A stretch of DNA of 64,000 nucleotides from a virus. Taxonomy: Duplodnaviria > Heunggongvirae > Uroviricota > Caudoviricetes. Both the position numbers and the translations under genes were made by a program. Shown here one piece after another: positions 18,708 through 28,034 of the stretch (position 1 is its first letter; every line of letters starts with the position of its first letter). The stretch lies in IMG/VR virus record IMGVR_UViG_3300021066_000001; one strand, written 5' to 3'. The notes below the pieces were generated by a model that was not told where the DNA came from, did no database searches, and worked only from the letters and a program-made list of their open reading frames with translations.

Positions 18708-19232
18708 ATGATCGAGTTCAAGTGCGGCGAAGCTGCTACCTTCGAGTTTGAGATGCTGATCACTGGAGATCTCCAGGGATCCCTCCAGACCTGCTTCAAC
18801 ATCAACGCCGGTGACATGACCTTGTCCTTCCCGGCGGTGGAGAAGAGCTCTGGAGTCTACGAGGTGAAGGTGCCGGTGCTTGACAAGTTCCTAGCTCCTG
18901 GCAGTTACTCCTGCAACATCAGCGTCGTCATCGGTGACCACTATTATGTCCCGGCGAGCGACACGTGCGAGCTTAAGCTCGCACCTAAGCCGACGGTCTC
19001 TGGAATCTCCGTGAAGCCCTCGGGTTCGCAAGCTCCCGCGTTCAAGGTAACGATGGGCGCGCCGACACCTCCTCCGATCCAGACAGCACCCTCGGCGCCT
19101 CCTCCTCCGACCCCAGAGCCGATTAGAACAGAGTCAACGCTTGAGCCAAAGAAGCCAGAGCCTAAGCCTGAGCCTAAGAAGCGTACCGAGGCTCACGCCA
19201 TGTTCGATGAGCTGATTAAGCGGAAGAAGTAA
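18708..19232 (+). CDS. hypothetical protein, paralog of 10447-11325, Pro-rich tail
   Basis: shared N-terminal domain; TAAATA upstream. Confidence 0.7.
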   Translation: MIEFKCGEAATFEFEMLITGDLQGSLQTCFNINAGDMTLSFPAVEKSSGVYEVKVPVLDKFLAPGSYSCNISVVIGDHYYVPASDTCELKLAPKPTVSGISVKPSGSQAPAFKVTMGAPTPPPIQTAPSAPPPPTPEPIRTESTLEPKKPEPKPEPKKRTEAHAMFDELIKRKK

Positions 19233-19731
19233 AGATCCCGCTCTCAGCGAGCAGGTCTGCTCGCACCTCGTTCCACAGCTGTCCCGTCCACCGATGCTTC
19301 GGGGTGTGGACGATTCTCTCACTCATGACATAGTAGTGGTCAAACGGAAGCTTGCATCCCAGAAGGTCACTCTTCAGTCGCGGATAAGCGTCGATCTTGG
19401 CGTGGTATACCGCCTTGAGAACCTCGCGAGAGGGAGGCTGTGTACGCTCTGTTCCTAGCAAGAGGGAGTGCAATCCTCTGCCTAGGGTCTTTGCCGAGGC
19501 TCCGTGCATAAACTTGAGAGAGCTGACGGCCTCTCGCGTCTCCTCGTCAAAGACGCAACCCCAGAGCACGAGGCTGTTGACGTACCACCACGCCTCGACG
19601 CTAGCGTAGATCTGCTCCTCGAAGATGAACGGAAGGTTAGAAAAGTTACTGAGAAGCCTCCCGAGCTCGGTTCGACCTCGAGAGTAAACGTTGACGTGAG
19701 TGACGCCGTCGTCTTCGATTCTAATGTTCAT
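19216..19731 (-). CDS. NADAR-like (YbiA/T4 gp30.3-type) protein
   Basis: LSNF...F...YASVEAWW and AKTLGR motifs. Confidence 0.55.
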   Translation of the reverse strand: MNIRIEDDGVTHVNVYSRGRTELGRLLSNFSNLPFIFEEQIYASVEAWWYVNSLVLWGCVFDEETREAVSSLKFMHGASAKTLGRGLHSLLLGTERTQPPSREVLKAVYHAKIDAYPRLKSDLLGCKLPFDHYYVMSERIVHTPKHRWTGQLWNEVRADLLAESGIFTSSA

Positions 19732-19841
19732 AATAGTTCATTATATCAGGTCTTGAGTGAAGCAGGATAGCTTCCTCATAAATAGACCGACAAACTTCTG
19801 CGCTGAGCAGAGGAGTTTACCTTTACCCCAGGAGAATTTGA

Positions 19842-20426
19842 ATGGCTAAGACTAAGACGCAAGAAGTTCTGATCAGCGCACGTCTCTTCAACGTTGCCTC
19901 TGACGGCGGCGCTGCTAACGCAAGCGGTCACCAAACGATCAACTTCACCCCGAACATCACCGGCGGCGGTGCGACGGGTCTCGCGAACGACGCGACCACT
20001 TACACGCTCAAGGTATCGATCGACGGAGCTGCCGATACTGTCTGCACGGTGACTGGATCCGATGTTCAGACGTTCACCGCTCTCGCGTCCGAGCTCCAAA
20101 CTGATTTGAATGCAGCTGTCGGCGGCACGACCTGCGCGGTCGTCAGCGGCGACCTCAAGATCACTAGCGGCACCGTGGCCAAGACCACAGGTTTGGACTC
20201 GACGATCTCGATCTCGGACGGAACGACGGGCACGGGCGGCGGCTTGCTTGCAGCTCTGACCGCGGCAGGCAAGACCCACGCGATCGCGACCTCGGTCGAC
20301 GGTGAGCACGGCGTCATTGACGTCCTGACGATCAATGGGCGTGACGTGCGTAAGCTGACCAACACGGCCGAAGCGACCGCTGCTAAGGGCGCGATCCTTC
20401 AGGCGATCAAGGACTTCCTCGACTGA
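19842..20426 (+). CDS. putative virion protein
   Basis: late promoter upstream, terminator downstream. Confidence 0.65.
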   Translation: MAKTKTQEVLISARLFNVASDGGAANASGHQTINFTPNITGGGATGLANDATTYTLKVSIDGAADTVCTVTGSDVQTFTALASELQTDLNAAVGGTTCAVVSGDLKITSGTVAKTTGLDSTISISDGTTGTGGGLLAALTAAGKTHAIATSVDGEHGVIDVLTINGRDVRKLTNTAEATAAKGAILQAIKDFLD

Positions 20427-20444
20427 TAGTTGAGGTGCAGATTG

Positions 20445-20472
20445 AAAAAGGCCGCATTATGCGGCCTTTTTC
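20445..20472. terminator. bidirectional intrinsic terminator
   Basis: AAAAGGCCGCA-TTA-TGCGGCCTTTT between convergent genes. Confidence 0.85.
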
Positions 20473-20476
20473 ACGC

Positions 20477-20692
20477 CTACTTCAGATCATCCTTTAAGAT
20501 ATCTTCGATATCCTTGATAGGTGTCTCGTGAACCGTAAGTGGCTGGCAGTACGAGTAATACCGTGGATTTTTGATCATGTTAGTGATCGCGGCCCAGATC
20601 TTGCAACTTGTCTCATCAGCATAACCGACATAGTCAATCGCGTTAGGGTTAGCTAGCGGAAACGAGATCAAGAGCCAAACGATGAACTTCAC
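20477..20692 (-). CDS. hypothetical protein
   Basis: GTGA overlap suggests GTG start at 20692. Confidence 0.5.
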   Translation of the reverse strand: MKFIVWLLISFPLANPNAIDYVGYADETSCKIWAAITNMIKNPRYYSYCQPLTVHETPIKDIEDILKDDLK

Positions 20693-21183
20693 AGCGCTTT
20701 TACGAGTTGCTCGATGTAGTTCATCTCGAGAAACCAGGTGACGATCGCGTCCCAGTTCTCGTGGGGTTGCTGGCCGAAGTGAATCACCTTCCCGCGAAAC
20801 GTGTGAGCGTTCGCCCACTCTGGATGATCATCGACCAGGAAGTCGGTCGAGTAACCGACGCATCCCTTGTCAGGGGTGATGATGACGCGGTCGTAGTACT
20901 TGGGAAAGTGCCGCATCATCCACATGAGCTTTTCCGAGGCTGCGTAGGGATTCTTCGAGGGCGGCTTCGTGAGAAAGAAGATCTCAAACCCCGCCTGGTC
21001 AAGAGCTGTGATCGCGTCTTGAGCGCCAAGCATCACTGGAAGCTCAAGGTAAAAGCCAGGCACGAAGCGAGCCTCGCGATAGCTCAAGCCCTTCTCATCC
21101 GCCGACCTCTCATAGTCAGCGACGACCCCGTCCATGTCCGAGTAAATTCTGGGGCTAGTTGAAAAGGTTCGAGCTCCCATCAC
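20689..21183 (-). CDS. HAD-family 5'(3')-deoxyribonucleotidase
   Basis: DMDGVVAD, FLTK, K-kg...LVDD motifs. Confidence 0.8.
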   Translation of the reverse strand: MMGARTFSTSPRIYSDMDGVVADYERSADEKGLSYREARFVPGFYLELPVMLGAQDAITALDQAGFEIFFLTKPPSKNPYAASEKLMWMMRHFPKYYDRVIITPDKGCVGYSTDFLVDDHPEWANAHTFRGKVIHFGQQPHENWDAIVTWFLEMNYIEQLVKAL

Positions 21184-21389
21184 CAGTTCTTCTTGCGGTG
21201 AGCAGAAGCATACCGTCGTAGAACAGCTTCCTCACTCACCCAAACTCCACCGTCCTCGTTGATCATGAACCACCGCCCAGGCCCGATCGCGGCGAGGTCG
21301 GTCGCCTCGTCGATCACCTCGACTCTGCCGAAGTTCCACTTGACGGTGTCACCGACCTGGATGTCGCCAGGCTTTGGGGACCTCTTCAC
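21180..21389 (-). CDS. hypothetical protein
   Basis: coupled ORF. Confidence 0.5.
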   Translation of the reverse strand: MKRSPKPGDIQVGDTVKWNFGRVEVIDEATDLAAIGPGRWFMINEDGGVWVSEEAVLRRYASAHRKKNW

Positions 21390-21619
21390 TCGGGATCACC
21401 GATCACGACGTTTGCGACGTTCGTCGTGCTGCGGCGCTGCTTCGGCGTCGTTGAGTCGCTCACGACGTCAACCCACTTGCGCTTGAGCATCTCGCGGTGC
21501 TTGTTGGCGCGCGTCTGCTCGGCGAGCATCATCGTCTTCTTGGCCGCGGGGCTCATGTTCATCGTGATGATCATCGTCTTCAGCGCGCCCGGGCACTTAA
21601 AACCTTTTTCCAACTTCAT
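21386..21619 (-). CDS. hypothetical protein
   Basis: coupled ORF. Confidence 0.55.
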   Translation of the reverse strand: MKLEKGFKCPGALKTMIITMNMSPAAKKTMMLAEQTRANKHREMLKRKWVDVVSDSTTPKQRRSTTNVANVVIGDPE

Positions 21620-21965
21620 CGTTCTCCCTTAAGGTAGGCGTTGGTGCAATGACAGGCTGGAACACCTGTTGAGAGGTAAATGGTAACCTACCTATGGGCC
21701 TTGGTACATTTAGCTGGACCTCTGGTGGATCTTCGATCCTCATCGTATCTTCGATCTTCATCGATTTCGTCTTCCCGTCTAACCCTGCCTCGATGAGATC
21801 TAGAAAACTGTTTGCTAGCTCATCAGAGGTGCAAGAGCCGGCCCCCATGAGAGAGTTGACGGTCATGCTCACGCTCCTCACTCCAAGCTGATGCAAGCGT
21901 TCTTCGAGCTGTTTGATGCGCTCGAGCGTGGCGGAGGTGAACGCTAGACGAGGATTAGAAGTCAT
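21597..21965 (-). CDS. hypothetical protein
   Basis: ORF in operon. Confidence 0.5.
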   Translation of the reverse strand: MTSNPRLAFTSATLERIKQLEERLHQLGVRSVSMTVNSLMGAGSCTSDELANSFLDLIEAGLDGKTKSMKIEDTMRIEDPPEVQLNVPRPIGRLPFTSQQVFQPVIAPTPTLRENDEVGKRF

Positions 21966-22341
21966 AATTTGGAACGAGGCCTATGGTTGAGCCGCGGTGA
22001 AGGAGATCGACGTTCATGTACTCTGGCTTGAAGTAACGATCAAAGACAGGAATGCTGCGTCGAGGATTGCATGCTCCGCACGTGAACATGTCGAGCATAG
22101 CCTTACCTAGCTCTGGCCACGTGTGAATCGAGCAATGGCTCTCTGAGAGAATCGTCATCGCCGTGACTCCCAGTCCCTCGCCGAAGGATCTTCCCTCGCA
22201 GCTCAGAACTGTAGCTCCAGTAGCTCTCGAAGCTTCTACCAAGATCTTCTTGATCGACTCGAGGTCGATCAGAAGCTCAGGCTTGACGCCGTGTAGGTCT
22301 AACAGCAGGTGAAGCCCGACACCTCCAGAAATTTCTTGCAT
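21955..22341 (-). CDS. speD: S-adenosylmethionine decarboxylase proenzyme
   Basis: ILSESHCSIHTWPE...DMFTCG signature. Confidence 0.9.
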   Translation of the reverse strand: MQEISGGVGLHLLLDLHGVKPELLIDLESIKKILVEASRATGATVLSCEGRSFGEGLGVTAMTILSESHCSIHTWPELGKAMLDMFTCGACNPRRSIPVFDRYFKPEYMNVDLLHRGSTIGLVPNYDF

Positions 22342-22412
22342 CTCAAGCAGATCCTCTTTTCTAAGTTAGTTATCGGAGCAGCCGAGAGAGGCCACGCCAC
22401 AGCTGGGTGCGA

Positions 22413-22706
22413 TTATTTACTCAGAATTTCCTCGACTAGAGGCTCCGGGATGATCTCATCGACGAGATCGCCCAGCTTCTCTACGTCTGGATTGAAGGGA
22501 ATGAAGCGGCGCGCGTTGTACCACCCGTTGGGGGCATCTGGAGCCCTAGTCTGGCATCTCTTGCAAACGCAGGGCAAGGTCCGCCCCGTCGAGCGATCGA
22601 CGCTGATCAGCGGAAAGGGACTGATCCCGCAGCACGCGTGGTAGGCTAGCTGCTCGTATACGCTTCCGCTGAAGAGACCCCTCGACGGAATTCCGTCGAT
22701 GCACAT
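22413..22706 (-). CDS. Cys-containing hypothetical protein
   Basis: CC and CxCxxC motifs; start uncertain. Confidence 0.45.
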   Translation of the reverse strand: MCIDGIPSRGLFSGSVYEQLAYHACCGISPFPLISVDRSTGRTLPCVCKRCQTRAPDAPNGWYNARRFIPFNPDVEKLGDLVDEIIPEPLVEEILSK

Positions 22707-22711
22707 CAACT

Positions 22712-23392
22712 TCAAGATTTGTTCTTGGCCTTCTGGTGAGATAGAGCTCGCGCCGCGACGCGTGGCTGCAACGACGAGCGCAGGTAGCACTCGACGGTGT
22801 CGTTTCGTCCTGCGAAGGTACCTCGGCGAGCTAGCGGAAGCGCGCTTCCGCACGCGAGGCTGATCACCCTCTCCATCAGTCTCTCTCGCTCCGCGAGCTG
22901 CTCGGGGCGAAGCTCATTGTCTGAGAGGTAGGTCGAGACGTAGCGCTCGCCTGACCCCTCCTCGAAGCTCATGATGCATGCTCCGTGTACCGCTGGAAGC
23001 AAGACGTTCTGAGGTTTCTCTTCCTCGACGGTAGTACCGGCGATGACCGTGGGAGCAAACTCGTCGATCAGCGTCTCGAGATCTTGAAGGACCCCGGAGT
23101 GACGTTGTTGAAATCGATCGATCGCGTGGTGAGTAATTCTGAACTTCATCCACTTGCTTTGAAAGATCCCGTTACCTGCGACCGTCGAGCTCGCGTAGAG
23201 CTCGTCGAACTCACCTCTGCGCCGCGGCTCGAGAGAGACGATCTTGATCGAGGAGTGCTTCTTGGCGTACTCGACCCTCCCGATGATCGTTGTCTTGTCG
23301 AAGAACCGTCGGAGCACCGGATAGCTTCGGCGAGCGGTTCGCTCGTCGCGGACAGGCACCCACTCAGGGATCTTGCTGATCCGCTCCTCCAT
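22712..23392 (-). CDS. hypothetical protein
   Basis: SD-preceded ATG at 23392. Confidence 0.55.
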   Translation of the reverse strand: MEERISKIPEWVPVRDERTARRSYPVLRRFFDKTTIIGRVEYAKKHSSIKIVSLEPRRRGEFDELYASSTVAGNGIFQSKWMKFRITHHAIDRFQQRHSGVLQDLETLIDEFAPTVIAGTTVEEEKPQNVLLPAVHGACIMSFEEGSGERYVSTYLSDNELRPEQLAERERLMERVISLACGSALPLARRGTFAGRNDTVECYLRSSLQPRVAARALSHQKAKNKS

Positions 23393-23466
23393 GTCCCTCC
23401 GCCCCTCACGAAGCACCGTGCGTGTCGCGCCGCGAGCGAGAGAGGCGTGGACCTTCGGGATGAAGC

Positions 23467-23868
23467 TCACCTTTGAGCTCGCTTGGCCGCGGCAGCTTGA
23501 CGCCCCTTGAGCGAGCTGATCAGCCGCTTTCGATGCTGACGGAGTCGAGTCAAGTACTCCTCGTCGGTCTCGGGGGTGTCGACGCAGATCGTCAGCCAAG
23601 ACTCATCATAGTCGGAGTCGTGACCCATGATGACGTCGTCGATGAAGAGAGGAGAATCCGCCTTGGGATTGTTGTCACGGATGAGCTTCGATAAGAAGGC
23701 GTGGAGATCCTTGAGACGCACCCCGTTGAGCTCGTAGCACGAGATCTTCGGAACGATCGTGCGTCGGCTGACCTTTCGCTTGAAGACCTCAGGCTTCCAG
23801 GATGCCCCCTCTGGGAGAGCTAGGTCAGCTGGAAGCTCACTCGGATCGAATTCCCAATCGCGCCTCAC
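23467..23868 (-). CDS. hypothetical protein
   Basis: 133-aa ORF. Confidence 0.6.
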   Translation of the reverse strand: MRRDWEFDPSELPADLALPEGASWKPEVFKRKVSRRTIVPKISCYELNGVRLKDLHAFLSKLIRDNNPKADSPLFIDDVIMGHDSDYDESWLTICVDTPETDEEYLTRLRQHRKRLISSLKGRQAAAAKRAQR

Positions 23869-24072
23869 CCGGAGATTGTATCACCGCCAATCTCTTAAGT
23901 AAACCACGTCTTGCCGGTGCAAGCCTTTGCGGATCTTGTCATCTCGTTGTTTTTCACGAGATAGACGTGCTTTCCGACACACATTTCGAAGGGCGGCGGC
24001 GGAGGTTCGATGGCCGTGACGACGGTGATGAATCCGAGCAGCCAGAGCCCTACGAACACAACCGCGCGCATC

Positions 24073-24960
24073 TTAGCTCTGGGTGTAGCAGATCGGCATG
24101 TCGGAATCGCTTCCGCCTACTCGCTCAAGTCGCACCAGGTTGTACTGAAATGTCGGATAGGTGTGAAGCGCTGCCGCCCCAGAGGCCGCAACGATCTCGT
24201 GCCACCCCGCGTCAGGATGCAACTTTCCCATCACCTTCAACGTTCCGCCGCCAGTAGCAGCGGCGATCTGGATGGCCGTCGGCTTGAACATCAAGCGCGA
24301 GTACTTCTTGCAAGACACCCTAGTCCAGAGCAGATTGCCGCCCATCACGGTGATCGTGAAGACCGTAGCTCCACCTGTGTGGAACGCGGTCGTTCCAGCG
24401 GTCAAGAGGAAGGCGATGATCCCATTGTCATAGTCGACACCGACGGTGGCGTTTGCCTTTGAGCCCGACAGCGAGCCAACCACGGTGAACGTAGTGGCGT
24501 TGGTAGAGGTTAGCGTCCATGTTTCAGCGATCGCGCTCGCGCGATTCGCAACTACCTTCGTCAGCGTGCCGTTCGCGGTGCCACCGGTGGGTCCAGTCTG
24601 TCGCGTCCACGGCGGGGTTGGACTGACCGACCCGTTCGGAGTCACCGACGCGCGGTTTGGGAAGGCGATCACCGGATCACCGACGCGGGGGACGGTGAAG
24701 GTGTTCGCGTTCGTGACAGTTGCGGTGACGGCACCGATGTTCCACGCGTCGACGTTGCTCTCGACGATGACCGAGTCGGTTGAAATCAGGTTGTGGTTTT
24801 TAGCGGTGAACGTGATCACGTCCGCGGCCCAAACGCCAGCGGTCGGATACGTGAAGTAGTAGGTGTCGGCCTGATCCCAGACCTTTGAGAACGAGAGCGA
24901 CGGCGCCTTGTAGTCAGGCGTCATCGTGAACGACGAGAAGTAGTCCGAAAGCCCGGTCAT
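24073..24960 (-). CDS. putative virion protein (Thr/Gly-rich)
   Basis: TAAATA at 24986-24991; beta-rich composition. Confidence 0.65.
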   Translation of the reverse strand: MTGLSDYFSSFTMTPDYKAPSLSFSKVWDQADTYYFTYPTAGVWAADVITFTAKNHNLISTDSVIVESNVDAWNIGAVTATVTNANTFTVPRVGDPVIAFPNRASVTPNGSVSPTPPWTRQTGPTGGTANGTLTKVVANRASAIAETWTLTSTNATTFTVVGSLSGSKANATVGVDYDNGIIAFLLTAGTTAFHTGGATVFTITVMGGNLLWTRVSCKKYSRLMFKPTAIQIAAATGGGTLKVMGKLHPDAGWHEIVAASGAAALHTYPTFQYNLVRLERVGGSDSDMPICYTQS

Positions 24961-24988
24961 AGCAGTCTCCGTAGAGGTAGACTGCTAT

Positions 24989-25177
24989 TTATCCGATCTT
25001 GTGCTCCAGCTGGTAATACTCATCCTCGGAGATCGTGACGGCGTTCACGAGGAAGTACGGCCCTGACTGCGCACGTTCCTCGAGTCTGAGAGCATCAAGA
25101 CGCCACTTTCCTAGAGACCCTCTCCACACTTCCTCCCCGAGCTGTCCCTGGTGCTCGTACGTGACGAGCCAGTACAT
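24989..25177 (-). CDS. hypothetical protein
   Basis: TGATG coupling with infC. Confidence 0.55.
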   Translation of the reverse strand: MYWLVTYEHQGQLGEEVWRGSLGKWRLDALRLEERAQSGPYFLVNAVTISEDEYYQLEHKIG

Positions 25178-25680
25178 CAGTGTTTTTTCTGGGGTGAGAG
25201 GACCATGATCATCTGCTTGCCCTCGAGCTTGGGATAGCTCTCGACGTTGCCGTGGGCCTTGGTGTCATCTTGAAGCCGCGTGAGCAAAGCGTCGCCGATC
25301 TCTCGATGAGTGATCTCGCGCCCCTTGAACCTGAGAGCGACCTTTACCTTGTGACCGTCAGTGAGAAACTCGATGATCTTTCGCACCTTGATCTTGTAAT
25401 CTCCCTCGTCGACCGACGGACGTAGCTGAATCTCCTTCAGCTCAGGCGTCTTCTGACGTTGGGTGCTCTTTTGGAGCTGGTAAAGGAACTTCCCGTAGTC
25501 GATCATCTTGCAAACGGGCGGCACCGCGGTGGGGGCGAACTCGACTAGGTCAAGATTTTTCTCTTCAGCTAGAGTGAGAGCTTCGAAGACCGTCATGACG
25601 CCCATCTGGTCGCCAGAGGCGGAGACGACTCTAACTTGCGGTGCGGTGATCTCTCGATTGATGCGGTGTCTCTTGTCTAT
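25177..25680 (-). CDS. infC: translation initiation factor IF-3 with non-canonical ATA start
   Basis: RINREITAPQVRVV, LDLVE...PPVCKMIDYGKFLY, KEIQLRP motifs; SD GAGGT 5 nt before ATA, in-frame TAA just upstream. Confidence 0.9.
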   Translation of the reverse strand: MDKRHRINREITAPQVRVVSASGDQMGVMTVFEALTLAEEKNLDLVEFAPTAVPPVCKMIDYGKFLYQLQKSTQRQKTPELKEIQLRPSVDEGDYKIKVRKIIEFLTDGHKVKVALRFKGREITHREIGDALLTRLQDDTKAHGNVESYPKLEGKQMIMVLSPQKKH

Positions 25681-25815
25681 TGGTTACCTCGCAGGAAGGA
25701 TGAAAAAGAGCCCGATCGCGATCGGAATCGCCACCACCCCAACGGCGTGCCGAAGCCGAGCCCGACTCCGATTGAAAAGCAACCGAAGGCGAGCTCACCG
25801 ATCTTAGGAGAGGTG

Positions 25816-26469
25816 TCAATCATCCTTGCCGATGTTGAGCATGTGCAAGAAGATGTTCAGGACGTCTAGGTAGATGCCGATCGCGGCTGAGATGTAGTTG
25901 TCTTCGCCACCGTCGACGACTCGTTGCACGTCCCAGATCAGGTAGAACGAGAAGAGCGGAATCGCGAGGTAAGAGATCCACGTGCCATAGAAGCCAAAGA
26001 CTAGCGCGAGGACCATCAGGCCGAGAAGCGCTAACAAGCTTCCGAAGAGAAAGCCGCCGAAGACGCTGAAGTCGCGCTTGGTGACCATCGCGTAGATCGA
26101 ACAGCCGACGGTGACGAGCGCGGTGCCAGCGAACGCGTTCGCGATGATCATCGGGCCGCCTGGGTTGGTCCAGACCTGATTGATCAACCCGCAGATCGCG
26201 CCACCCTCAAAGAGAGAGAAGGCGAGGAAGAGAGGAACTCCCAACGCGTCGTCTCGAAACGCGTGGGTCAGGAAGATCAAGCCGATGGCGCCGACCAGGC
26301 TGATCACCGCGAAGGTGACGGGGTTCTCGCTACCCCAGGCTGGCAACCCTGCCATGATGCCGCCGATCGTCCCAGCGATCGTGGTGATGAAGCTGAGAGC
26401 GAGCAGAAAGAACGTGTTGCGTAAGACGCGGTTTTGAGCGAAAACGTTTGCAGCTGTCGCGAAGCTCAT
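25816..26469 (-). CDS. yccA: BAX inhibitor-1/YccA family membrane protein
   Basis: about 7 TM segments; VLRNT, WDVQRVV.GGEDNYISAA..IYLDVLNIF. Confidence 0.8.
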   Translation of the reverse strand: MSFATAANVFAQNRVLRNTFFLLALSFITTIAGTIGGIMAGLPAWGSENPVTFAVISLVGAIGLIFLTHAFRDDALGVPLFLAFSLFEGGAICGLINQVWTNPGGPMIIANAFAGTALVTVGCSIYAMVTKRDFSVFGGFLFGSLLALLGLMVLALVFGFYGTWISYLAIPLFSFYLIWDVQRVVDGGEDNYISAAIGIYLDVLNIFLHMLNIGKDD

Positions 26470-26534
26470 GAGATCTCCCTCTGACGTTGTTGACTCACGG
26501 TGCCGATCATATCATGTAAATTTAGCGATGTACA

Positions 26535-26945
26535 CTAAAAGAAGTACCGAATTCGTCCCGTTTGCTTCAAGATCTTTTGAACTCCAGCGTCATGAAAGAG
26601 CGGCCCCTTCATGGCTTTCGTGCCGTGGTCGACCGCGTGGTAGCTGTTGCCCCACTTATCGTAGGTGAATCTAGGATTGAAGCCGGGCGGAAGGATGACG
26701 ATCTCGATCTTCGAGTACTCACGAACTTGCTCGACAGTGATCACTCCCGTCTCAGCGTCCCAGTGGCACGCTCCACAGAGCGAGGCTCCGTTAGCAAGGT
26801 AGTATCCGCCGTCCTTAAAGAGCTTGCGGTCGAGGATGTGGTGAGCGTCAACCGCAGGACGCCCGCACTTAGGCACGACGCAGGTGTGCTTGTCTCGCTT
26901 GAAGACGAGCACCTTGAACTCTTCACGAGTTAAAAGACGTTCCAT
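26535..26945 (-). CDS. HNH endonuclease family protein
   Basis: RDKHTC...DAHHI...NGASLCGACH. Confidence 0.75.
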   Translation of the reverse strand: MERLLTREEFKVLVFKRDKHTCVVPKCGRPAVDAHHILDRKLFKDGGYYLANGASLCGACHWDAETGVITVEQVREYSKIEIVILPPGFNPRFTYDKWGNSYHAVDHGTKAMKGPLFHDAGVQKILKQTGRIRYFF

Positions 26946-28018
26946 TGGTTGTTGATGTCTGATCCGAAGATGACAGCGGTCAAGTCAAGGTCCTCTTGGA
27001 GAACCAACCCCTTCCTAGAGAAGCCGTTAACGTGAATGTTTTCGACCATCGCCGAGGCGCCGAGCGCCGTGGTCAACTGGAGAGCCGTCAACCCCCGCTT
27101 TCCAGTCACGGCGGTGCTCCACACCTCGTGCTTAGCTTGGCCGTTGACGACGCCCTTCCCGATGACGGAGATGTAAACGACGTCATCGCTCACCTGAGGG
27201 AGGGTGTTCCTCAGCAGGCCCTCGATCTTCTTTCTAGATAGAGCGAGCTCTTGGAGCATGAACTTGATCAAGTGGTGATGACCGGGATACCTGACCGACT
27301 TGTAATTGAGGTTGCGAACCTTACCCTTCAGAGATTGGGCGAGTGATCCCAGTCCACCTGAGGTTGAGAACGCCTCGAGGTGAACTCCAGCGATCATCAG
27401 CTCTTCTAGATCCTCGAGCGCTGGAACGCGTACTCGCTTCCACCCCTCGATCGCGTCACAGGGATTGATGTACTCGTTGATCAGTCCCTCCAAGCTCCAA
27501 GTGAGCCCGTACTTGAGCGAATTGGTCGGAAAGAGAGGCAGGGCACCTACCCTGAGAAAGAGGTCAAGACACCCGTTTTCCTCACCGTCGGCGAAGCGAC
27601 GATAGATCGAGCCAGCCGCGATGTTGATGATCCCTGGCGCTAATCCGCACTGGGGCATGAGAACGGAGCCGTTGCTCTCGGCGACCGCGCCGTACGTCCG
27701 ATGCATCAAGCTCAGATCGACATCCTCGGTGATGTCGATGTAATTGACTCCGTGGTTCGCACAGATCATGCCAGGCTTCACCGCCCTCATCACTGACACC
27801 GGGAGACAACAGATGACGGTTGTTGCGCTCTTGATCTCGTCAGTGATGACTTTGACGTCTCTTAGATCACGCACGAGACCTAAGTCGGGGTTGTTGTCAA
27901 CGAGTGAGATCCGCCATCCTAGATCTCGCCGCGCGTTAAGCTCCTCGAGCATCAGCGAGACTGCGATTCCAACTCGTCCAGCCCCTAAGATCTTGATGCT
28001 AACTTTTTCTTCGGTCAT
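26930..28018 (-). CDS. saccharopine dehydrogenase-family oxidoreductase
   Basis: GAGRVG Rossmann motif; CGLAPG, TWSLEGLINEY, YKSVRYPGH. Confidence 0.85.
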   Translation of the reverse strand: MTEEKVSIKILGAGRVGIAVSLMLEELNARRDLGWRISLVDNNPDLGLVRDLRDVKVITDEIKSATTVICCLPVSVMRAVKPGMICANHGVNYIDITEDVDLSLMHRTYGAVAESNGSVLMPQCGLAPGIINIAAGSIYRRFADGEENGCLDLFLRVGALPLFPTNSLKYGLTWSLEGLINEYINPCDAIEGWKRVRVPALEDLEELMIAGVHLEAFSTSGGLGSLAQSLKGKVRNLNYKSVRYPGHHHLIKFMLQELALSRKKIEGLLRNTLPQVSDDVVYISVIGKGVVNGQAKHEVWSTAVTGKRGLTALQLTTALGASAMVENIHVNGFSRKGLVLQEDLDLTAVIFGSDINNQWNVF

Positions 28019-28034
28019 CGTTCCCCCACAAAAC

